DNA of 20,000 bases, from the IMG/VR virus record IMGVR_UViG_3300009152_000005; one strand, written 5' to 3'. Made by a program: the position numbers and the translations under genes. The stretch is from an uncultured virus (IMG/VR IMGVR_UViG_3300009152_000005) (Duplodnaviria > Heunggongvirae > Uroviricota > Caudoviricetes). The notes beneath the pieces were generated by a model. The model was not told the origin of the DNA, made no database searches, and saw only the letters and a program-made list of their open reading frames with translations. The stretch's first letter is position 1, and each line of letters begins with the position of its first letter. Below are positions 1 through 6,399 of this stretch, one piece after another.

Positions 1-904
1 AAAAAATGACGTCTTCCCCGGTCCCCGGGTGGTATTCGCGTGCATGTCGGACCAAATCCGCGGCAGCCGCCTTGATTTCCTCCGGTTCTGTGAGTTTTTC
101 GAGACTTTCCGCGGCCCGAAAGAGCACATCTTGACTCGGCGAGAAAAACTGCCAGACATCACCGGCGCTCGGCGGTGCCAATTCAGGGAATTTCCGCTGG
201 ATAGCCTCGAAAACGCTCCTGTGGATGAGTACACAGCCGGTTCCGACCCATGCGGTGGCCCGGACCTCGTCCCGGGGGGCTTTACGGACCTCCGCTGCGA
301 CTTTTTTGTTGCCCACCGCCTCGGCAAACATGGGCCTTCCGGTCTTGTTGCGTCCAAAATAGGTCGCACCCACGAACGTCTTGCCTGAGGCCCGAATCCG
401 GTCGACCGTGTTGCGGCCGGCGGTCACGTCATCCATGCCGCGGAAATCCGTGACGTCCCGAAACCAGCCCGGGTTGCCAGTGGGGAGGACCATGTCGTCA
501 TCGACCCAGAGCGACCATTCGTGTTTCGACTTCAGGAACCAATCCGCGATGATGTTCCGTGAGTGGACAATCATGGCGTCCCCGACCTGCATCTTCAGGC
601 CCATCTGTGTCTTGTCAAAGAGCGACAGGAGCGAGAAAACCGTGTGCGGGTTGGTGGTTTTGTACCACGGCAAGCAGAACGCGATGTCCCGTTTGTCTGC
701 GACCACCGGGAGAGGACGGGACACGGGCACCGCAGCGACCGGACGCGGCGCCACGAGGGTGCCGGGCGGGTTGAGTGCCTTTGGCTGCGCCGATAACGGA
801 CCCTCGGCTGCCTTGCGCGGTACCGGCGGCCCCGTGATGGGTTTCGACGGGTCCACCATCATTTCGTCGACCAAGCCGGCGACTCCGGGAGGGTTGTCGC
901 TCAA
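1..904 (-). CDS. GT2-like (GT-A fold) glycosyltransferase, 3'-truncated by window edge
   Basis: Absent from the ORF track because it has no stop in the window; translated by hand. TTG at 904 overlaps the upstream TGA (alternative ATG ~862). Pro-rich N-terminus, then AFCLPWYK, IVHSRNIIADWFL, WSLWVDDDM (DxD), WVGTGCVLIHRSVFE and GTGEDVIF (catalytic ED motif), all in one frame. Confidence 0.8.
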   Translation of the reverse strand, partial: MSDNPPGVAGLVDEMMVDPSKPITGPPVPRKAAEGPLSAQPKALNPPGTLVAPRPVAAVPVSRPLPVVADKRDIAFCLPWYKTTNPHTVFSLLSLFDKTQMGLKMQVGDAMIVHSRNIIADWFLKSKHEWSLWVDDDMVLPTGNPGWFRDVTDFRGMDDVTAGRNTVDRIRASGKTFVGATYFGRNKTGRPMFAEAVGNKKVAAEVRKAPRDEVRATAWVGTGCVLIHRSVFEAIQRKFPELAPPSAGDVWQFFSPSQDVLFRAAESLEKLTEPEEIKAAAADLVRHAREYHPGTGEDVIF

Positions 905-2091
905 GCCTTGGCCTCCGCCGCCTTCATGTGGGCGTCAAACGCTTGGTCCGCGCTCGTGTGGAAGAGGTCTGCGGCTTTGGCCGGCGTCGGACGCGCTGTG
1001 ACGGACTCGCCCGGCTTGGTCGAACGGCCCGACGCTTCGAGCTTGGTCAACCGGTCGTTGGCCGCCGACAACTTCGCCGAGAGGTCCTTCGTGAGCGCAC
1101 GCTCCGAAATGGCTTCCGCCCGGAAAATGCGCGCCAGACCAAAAGCGGCGATGGCCTGCGCGTAGCTCTCCGGAGTCATTTCCTTGGCGAAGGTCGCGAC
1201 CTCGTTGCGCACGGTGCCGATGAAGGCGTTGTGCTTGTCGATGGCGGCCTTCTGCTCGGCACTTGCGCCCGCCGGCACCTCTTTGAGCTGGAACGCCGGG
1301 GTGCGGCCCACCAACGAATTGGTGGTGGTCTGCACGGTCTCCAGCTTCTTGAACTCGGTCTGCTCGGAATCCTTTCGGCGCTCCTCGTGGAATTTGCCGG
1401 AGTTGTTCTTGGCCTCCTTGATTGCCTCGTCACGGGACTCCTTGAGGTCCTCACGCTGGATGCGTTTCGCCTCGACCACCAACTTGAGTCGCGTCGCGTC
1501 GAGCCCGGCCGCCTCCATCTTGCTGTACAAATCGGCGTAGTCGAGTTCGTCGAGGCCGACGGCCTTGATGCCGTCAATCACCTTGTCACCCAGCCCGGCT
1601 TCCCGGAACTTGGAAAAAATCGACTCGTCGAGCTTTTTCAACGGCTCCCCGAATTTCTTCTCAAAAACGGGGTCGCCCTCGACCGACAACGATTCGCGGA
1701 AAGCGCGCAGCTCGGCCAGTTCATCCGCGACTTCTTTTGGCAGTTTGTCGACGCTGACGGGCTGCGTGGACGCCTCCTCCAGCTCCTTGATGCGGGCATC
1801 CCGTTTGGACAGCTCGGTGCGGGCCAACTCCTTGACCTTGTCAAACGCCGCGGTCGTGGCCGGCTTGGCATACGGGGGTAGACTGACCCCGTCCAAAGTA
1901 TCCGCGGCAGGGGCGGCCGGCGCTGTATCCTGAGGCTCGACCACGGGGGCCGCGGAGATTACCGGCGCGGCCGGTGTGCTTTCGACCGGCGGAGTTGCGG
2001 AGACAGTCGGCGCAACGGGGGGAGTGACCTCCGCGGGTCCGGTAGGTAGGACTTCCGCGAGGGTGGCAAACGTATTGTCAATGTCGGGCAT
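901..2091 (-). CDS. Putative capsid scaffolding protein
   Basis: Start trimmed to MPDIDNTF (2091). Pro/Ala/Thr-rich disordered N-terminus, long charged helical/coiled-coil body, short helical C-terminus; lies downstream of portal. Function inferred from composition and synteny. Confidence 0.6.
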   Translation of the reverse strand: MPDIDNTFATLAEVLPTGPAEVTPPVAPTVSATPPVESTPAAPVISAAPVVEPQDTAPAAPAADTLDGVSLPPYAKPATTAAFDKVKELARTELSKRDARIKELEEASTQPVSVDKLPKEVADELAELRAFRESLSVEGDPVFEKKFGEPLKKLDESIFSKFREAGLGDKVIDGIKAVGLDELDYADLYSKMEAAGLDATRLKLVVEAKRIQREDLKESRDEAIKEAKNNSGKFHEERRKDSEQTEFKKLETVQTTTNSLVGRTPAFQLKEVPAGASAEQKAAIDKHNAFIGTVRNEVATFAKEMTPESYAQAIAAFGLARIFRAEAISERALTKDLSAKLSAANDRLTKLEASGRSTKPGESVTARPTPAKAADLFHTSADQAFDAHMKAAEAKA

Positions 2092-2096
2092 AAAAA

Positions 2097-2432
2097 TCAG
2101 GGGTTGCTTGCAAGCGTGACACGGCCGGTGACCGCGTCTTGTACCCACGCGCTGTCATCTTCAAGCGCGGGCAGACTTTGGGTCGTGGCCGACTCTTCTT
2201 TGGGGGTTTCCGGAGGTACTGCAAGAAGTTCGATGAGTGCTTCGACCTCGTCAAAACCCATGGTCCTACCGAGAGCAATCGAAGCCCGGGAAAAAGACAC
2301 GTTGCGCGGGTACGCCCGGCGCTTCATGTCCATGGCGCGAAGGAACTTTCCCCCGGTCGGGGTGCGGAGAAAACCCCTCAGGTTCTCCGCATCCTCGCTG
2401 CCCCAGTCCGGAATCTTCTCGATGGTCACCAC
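2097..2432 (-). CDS. Small head-module protein between portal and scaffold (Bbp19-like position)
   Basis: GTG start ~10 nt after the portal stop. FLRTPTGGKFL resembles small portal-adjacent genes of podoviruses, and the ORF fills the gap exactly. Confidence 0.55.
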   Translation of the reverse strand: MVTIEKIPDWGSEDAENLRGFLRTPTGGKFLRAMDMKRRAYPRNVSFSRASIALGRTMGFDEVEALIELLAVPPETPKEESATTQSLPALEDDSAWVQDAVTGRVTLASNP

Positions 2433-2442
2433 GCAGTCTGTC

Positions 2443-4485
2443 TTAGCCTGCGGGTGCCGGAGCCGCAAGCGCGGCCTGCGGGTTTGCCGGCGGTTGCTGC
2501 GCCGGCGGTTGCTGTGCCGCCAACTGCTTGAGCTGTTGAAGGGCGGCTGCCGCTTGCTTCACCGCGGCTTCGTAGGGGGCGAGCTGTTCCGGCGCCGCGC
2601 CTTGCTGCTTGGCCGTGTTGACGTGGGCCGCCATGTGCGTGACATACGCCTCCAAGATGGGCTCGGCCTGCGGGGACTTCATGGCTTCCTCGGCGACGGG
2701 CTGGAGCGCCGGGGCAAGCACTTCCAGATGGACAAGGTGGTTGTCTCGCGCCGAGACCGGAATCATCTGGCCGTCGGTGAGCAGCGAGTTTTCCATCATC
2801 TGCAACCGGCTCTGCTCCGCGGTCTCGGTCGGGTCGTCCTGCGGCAGCAACATCTGTTCCGCGGTGTCGGCATCAAGCAAGGCGGTGACGTACTGCTTTT
2901 CGACCTCGTGGGAATTGTACTGCGGGTTTCCGCGCGCCGCCGTGCAGACCGTGATGATGTTCTGACGCTCGACCTCTGTGAGTTCCCGGACCACGCCGAT
3001 GGCCGGCACCGTCCCGAAGTAGTCGACTTCGCGGTCCGAGAACCGCTCCTCCTCGATGAGCTTTCGACGAAACTCGATTGCGTCTTTATCCCGCGAATCC
3101 GGCAGACACAACCGCCGCTGGATTTCGGTGTCGATGTCCATGAACTGGAAGAGCCACCGCTCTTGAAAAGTGTCGGCGCGCTCGTCCTCACGGCCTGCCA
3201 TGAAGTCGACTTGGGCCGCCGTCACACGGTCGCCCGAGAGCTGCTTGGGGCTCGTGCTGCCGCCAATCTGGTCGAGCAGGCCGGTCAGGTACGTATCGAG
3301 CGTGAAAAACGGCTCGACCGCGGGGTCGATTTTCCGTTCCAACACCTCGAACCCCTCCTCAATCATAATCGCGTTCCCATGGACGTGCATCCGGAACTGG
3401 TTGAGTTTGCGGGGGTCGCACTGGATGACCAGCTTGCCGGCGAGCTGGAGCCGGTCAATCACCTCGTTGCGGGACCGGTCGAGCGCCCGAGCGATGTTGT
3501 ACACCTCGCGCCCGAGCCCTTTGCTGCCGTGCATCGTTCCATCGGCCTGTTGGTGGCTGAGGAAGGCGGACGCATGGGTCATCTTCAAGAACCGCTCCGG
3601 GTGGTAGAACAACAGGCGGTATTCGCGGTCGCAGATGATGTGGGTCACCCGGCCCGTTGGTTCGGTCGCGAGGAGGTGGTAGAACCGGACGACTTCGGCG
3701 CCGGTGTACGAGGTGCCTAAGCTGACGCCGCGGATGAGGTCCTCGTAGACGCGGAGGTAGTCGGACGACTGGCTCCGCAACTGCTCCGGCATCGCGCTAT
3801 TGATGGCGTTGACGAGATTCGGCAGGTCCCACCGTTTGTCTTCCGCCGACGAAGCCTCCTCAAGTTTTTCCGCGGCTTCGTGGATGGGGTTGTCCTTGAC
3901 GAGGACGATGAGCGGGCACGAAGCGGCGGATTGCTTGGTGCCGACGGGAATGAAGAACGCGTCCTGCCGGAAAAAGGAAGGCATCCAACCCTCCTCGTCG
4001 AGCCACATGGCGGCTGCGTAGCCGAACATCGTGTTCTCCTGCGCCAGCTCGGCGACGAAGTTCTTCCAGAGAGGGTTCGCCCGGACGGTCTCGGTGAACA
4101 CCCGACGGAATTTTTCGGTCTTGATGCGCGCGTCGGGGTAGCTGTCGGGAAGCGACGCCGAGGTCAGGTACCGGGCGGAGTGGATGGATTTCGGGAAACG
4201 GGACGACGCCTTGTCGATGAGGACCGGCAACGGCTTGGTGGAAAAATTGGACTTCCACGAGAGGCCCTCGCTGCGCAGCAAAGCGGGGCTGACCGGCTGC
4301 TCCGCATTGTACGCCGCCATGATGCGGGCGTTCTTGGTGTTGCGTTCGCGGTTCTCTTGGATGAGGCGCTTGATGACGTCGCCGGCCTGCTGGATGGTCT
4401 GGATAGACCGGCGGACCACCTTGCCCTCGTCGGAGATACGAGGGTCACCAGAGGTCGTGCAATTTGTGGAGGGGAGCGGGTCCAT
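2443..4485 (-). CDS. Putative portal protein (head-tail connector)
   Basis: 680 aa, in the terminase-to-scaffold interval. Segments such as AQENTMFGYAAAMW, HGSKGLG and VTAAQV, plus a Q/P/A-rich C-terminal tail typical of podoviral portals. TGATG overlap with the upstream gene. Confidence 0.7.
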   Translation of the reverse strand: MDPLPSTNCTTSGDPRISDEGKVVRRSIQTIQQAGDVIKRLIQENRERNTKNARIMAAYNAEQPVSPALLRSEGLSWKSNFSTKPLPVLIDKASSRFPKSIHSARYLTSASLPDSYPDARIKTEKFRRVFTETVRANPLWKNFVAELAQENTMFGYAAAMWLDEEGWMPSFFRQDAFFIPVGTKQSAASCPLIVLVKDNPIHEAAEKLEEASSAEDKRWDLPNLVNAINSAMPEQLRSQSSDYLRVYEDLIRGVSLGTSYTGAEVVRFYHLLATEPTGRVTHIICDREYRLLFYHPERFLKMTHASAFLSHQQADGTMHGSKGLGREVYNIARALDRSRNEVIDRLQLAGKLVIQCDPRKLNQFRMHVHGNAIMIEEGFEVLERKIDPAVEPFFTLDTYLTGLLDQIGGSTSPKQLSGDRVTAAQVDFMAGREDERADTFQERWLFQFMDIDTEIQRRLCLPDSRDKDAIEFRRKLIEEERFSDREVDYFGTVPAIGVVRELTEVERQNIITVCTAARGNPQYNSHEVEKQYVTALLDADTAEQMLLPQDDPTETAEQSRLQMMENSLLTDGQMIPVSARDNHLVHLEVLAPALQPVAEEAMKSPQAEPILEAYVTHMAAHVNTAKQQGAAPEQLAPYEAAVKQAAAALQQLKQLAAQQPPAQQPPANPQAALAAPAPAG

Positions 4486-4718
4486 CAGAGATTTTTCCAG
4501 CGGTCAGGGACGTCGGGACAGGTTTCGGTGGAGAGTCGGGCCTTCAAAGGCGCGATGCAGCCACAGAGATTGCAGACCTGTGCAGAAAAATGGGGGCACA
4601 TAGTGCAGACGGCGTCCCGGGCTTGTGCGGTCTCTTCGCTGACGAGAGGGCTCGTCCCGGCCCACAGAGACACGACGATGCGTCGGAGCGCGAAGAAAGC
4701 GTTCCGGGCTCGCCTCAC
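4485..4718 (-). CDS. Small Cys-rich zinc-binding protein (DUF6171-like pattern)
   Basis: GTG at 4718 overlaps the upstream TGA (GTGA). Pattern RxxxCxxC-x7-CxxCGC...K...CP...RW. Confidence 0.65.
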   Translation of the reverse strand: MRRARNAFFALRRIVVSLWAGTSPLVSEETAQARDAVCTMCPHFSAQVCNLCGCIAPLKARLSTETCPDVPDRWKNL

Positions 4719-5305
4719 TGTTTTGCCCTCCAGCAGGCGTCCGGGACATCTTCCCGCGGCGCGGCCGGGTCGAGCTTCAGGCGGCAAGCAGTCTCGTTGT
4801 GGTGCCCAAAAAGGGCGCATCCGTGCAGCCCCTCAGCGTTGAATTCCGGACCGTTGCGGCGGATTTCCGCGACGATGGTTTTTCCCGCGGCGTCGCACGA
4901 TTTACACGACACCTTCCAGCCGTGGTTCTTGGGGCAGGCCCGGCAAATGGACGCCCTCTTGGACGCCTCTTCGCTTGAGACCCGCTCCAGCGTGTTGCGA
5001 GCGTCCCTGATGCGGACTTCGACAAGCCACAGCCCGATGTCGATGCCGAGCTTGACGCTCGGGTCCTGCGGGAAAGAGGAGGCGACGTTGGTTGTGTTGC
5101 AGAGCGTCGGTTGCGCCGCACATGCCTGTTCAAAGACCTCGGATTGCGGGTCGCCGGCAGGCTGGTTGGTAAGCGCGCGGTACTGCTTGACCTTTTGGAT
5201 GAGTGAACTCCACCCGTCGTCCGACCGAACCTCGACGCCATTCGACTCCCGGAACAGGAAACCCCGTGTCGGGTACAGATTGGGGTTCGGCTGTTGCAAC
5301 GTCAT
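4715..5305 (-). CDS. Cys-rich hypothetical protein
   Basis: 196 aa. VSSEEASKRASICRACPKN, CKSC, LHGCALFG, C-terminal PDACW. Coupled to the next gene. Confidence 0.7.
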   Translation of the reverse strand: MTLQQPNPNLYPTRGFLFRESNGVEVRSDDGWSSLIQKVKQYRALTNQPAGDPQSEVFEQACAAQPTLCNTTNVASSFPQDPSVKLGIDIGLWLVEVRIRDARNTLERVSSEEASKRASICRACPKNHGWKVSCKSCDAAGKTIVAEIRRNGPEFNAEGLHGCALFGHHNETACRLKLDPAAPREDVPDACWRAKQ

Positions 5306-5314
5306 GTGGGAGAA

Positions 5315-5343
5315 ACCCTACGGTTGGTGGGTTATCGCGGCAA
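5315..5343 (-). promoter_or_regulatory. Candidate sigma70-like promoter
   Basis: TTGCCG-17 nt-TAGGGT, 9 nt before the ATG at 5305. Confidence 0.3.
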
Positions 5344-5349
5344 GCGACG

Positions 5350-5628
5350 TCACGCGAAGGAGTACCGAACGTCGTTGGTGCCGGTCGCGGCGACTGCCGA
5401 GAATCCGGAGGCCGGACCAAAAAATTTGCGTTCGGCCTTGATGGTCGCCCCCGCGGCAAGCGGGATGCCGTTCGTGGTGGACACGACTGCATCATCGTTT
5501 GTCCACTTGAGGTACACCGTGTTCGAGCCGAGGTTCGTGATGGTGCCGGACACCCATCGGAGCGTCGGACCGAACGCCACGGCTGGAGTTGTGCCGACAG
5601 AAAGGGCTCCCGCAGTTTTTTGTGCCAT
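5350..5628 (-). CDS. Small beta-rich protein, possibly virion decoration
   Basis: 92 aa, G/T/A/V-rich. ITNLGSNTVYL...VSTTNGIPLAAGATI is a pattern seen in small phage beta-sandwich proteins. Confidence 0.6.
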   Translation of the reverse strand: MAQKTAGALSVGTTPAVAFGPTLRWVSGTITNLGSNTVYLKWTNDDAVVSTTNGIPLAAGATIKAERKFFGPASGFSAVAATGTNDVRYSFA

Positions 5629-5652
5629 ACCTATCGGTAATGTCGGGACACG

Positions 5653-5682
5653 AAAAGGCCGCCCTCGGGAAAGAGAGCGGCC
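5653..5682 (-). terminator. Rho-independent terminator closing the RNA cluster
   Basis: Minus strand GGCCGCTCTC-TTTCCC-GAGGGCGGCC-TTTT: 10 bp stem with one G-U, followed by a U-run. Confidence 0.7.
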
Positions 5683-5684
5683 GG

Positions 5685-5880
5685 GTCGGACTTGGAGCCT
5701 ATCTATGGGAGTTACCCTTGTCCGACTTTGCTGCGGGGTTTGTTGGGGTGCCCGCTTTGGGCGTCAACACGCAAACTGGCGAGTGCTTCGGGTGCTCCGC
5801 AGGCAGGTCTTGCGTGACCCGTTCGGAGAGGGACCAAGGTGTCACTGGCCGGACCCTTTCGGTCACGCCGGCCACACTCA
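5685..5880 (-). ncRNA. Candidate structured RNA between tRNA-CAT and terminator
   Basis: Stems GAGTG/CACTC, TGGCCGG/CCGGCCA (inner GAAA loop), CTCCG/CGGAG, CGGGTC/GACCTG, GCGGG/CCCGC and GTCGGAC/GTCCGAC. No convincing ORF. Confidence 0.45.
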
Positions 5881-5886
5881 TTGAAA

Positions 5887-5961
5887 TGGGAGCAGGGGAC
5901 GGAATCGAACCGCCGACGGTGTGGTTATGGGCCACATGAACTACCACTGTTCTACCCTGCT
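5887..5961 (-). tRNA. tRNA with CAT anticodon (Met, or Ile2 if modified), CCA encoded
   Basis: AGCAGGG TA GAAC AGTGGTA GTTC A TGTGG CCCATAA CCACA CCGTC GGCGG TTCGATT CCGTC CCCTGCT C CCA; a full 75 nt cloverleaf. Confidence 0.93.
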
Positions 5962-6021
5962 AGAAGAGGCGCCGCGCGCATGTTTCATGTGGTAATACAC
6001 AAACCCGACCCCGGTTCTCCC

Positions 6022-6051
6022 GTGGTACCATGTGCGGCGGCAAGATGTCAA
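6022..6051 (-). promoter_or_regulatory. Candidate promoter upstream of tRNA-CAT
   Basis: Perfect TTGACA, 18 nt spacer, weak TACCAC with TG extension. Confidence 0.3.
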
Positions 6052-6056
6052 AAAAC

Positions 6057-6129
6057 TGGAGGCGCCGCAGGGAAACGAGCCCTGTCTTCCGCCGCTACGC
6101 AGCGGTGTCCTACCATAGACGACGGTGCC
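6057..6129 (-). tRNA. Non-canonical tRNA-like element (nominal anticodon GTA), CCA encoded
   Basis: GGCACCG TC GTCT ATGGTA GGAC A CCGCT GCGTAGC GGCGG AAGA CAGGG CTCGTTT CCCTG CGGCGCC T CCA; 73 nt. All four stems pair (one A-C mismatch); the loops are atypical. Confidence 0.75.
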
Positions 6130-6139
6130 AAAAATAGGA

Positions 6140-6166
6140 GGATGGGCGGTTCAAATCCACCCATCC
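6140..6166 (-). other. Stem-loop upstream of the tRNA-like element
   Basis: GGATGGGTGG-ATTTGAA-CCGCCCATCC; the G-U pair favours the minus strand. Possible terminator or processing hairpin. Confidence 0.5.
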
Positions 6167-6173
6167 AAGACCC

Positions 6174-6314
6174 TTAGTTTCCGCTGCCACGCTTCGGAAG
6201 CGAGGCGGCCACCGTGGCGGCCCGAGCGGCGCGCGTGGCCTTCAGAGCCTTCTGAGCCTTCTGCTTGCGGCAGAACTCTTCGTTGATGGAGCGGATGGAA
6301 GCGAGGTCGTTCAT
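6174..6314 (-). CDS. Small basic hypothetical protein (46 aa)
   Basis: MNDLASIRSINEEFCRKQK... The ATG has the AATACC-ATG context used by other genes here, and this start avoids overlap with the terminase. Confidence 0.45.
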   Translation of the reverse strand: MNDLASIRSINEEFCRKQKAQKALKATRAARAATVAASLPKRGSGN

Positions 6315-6399
6315 GGTATTTTTGGTATGTGTTTCTGCGGTTGTAATGTCTCCGACACCGAGAAACTGGCAGATGTCCCGGAGGAGGGCAACACCTTTT

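Noticed and set aside
1..130. Apparent frameshift before the GEDVIF motif of the GT2 gene
   Set aside because: Codon-by-codon translation shows one continuous frame.
5683..5720. Twister-ribozyme-like words (TAAC...GGCTCCAAGTCC)
   Set aside because: Required downstream P2/pseudoknot partner strands were not found.
5846..5886. HDV-like/theta ribozyme at the tRNA 3' end (GGCCGGC start)
   Set aside because: No nested P2-P3-L3 arrangement visible, and the element does not abut the tRNA end.
6140..6168. GGTTCAAATCC T-loop-like sequence on + strand suggesting another tRNA or att site
   Set aside because: No matching acceptor 5' strand, D arm or anticodon arm; the stem pairs better on the minus strand; no integrase in the window.
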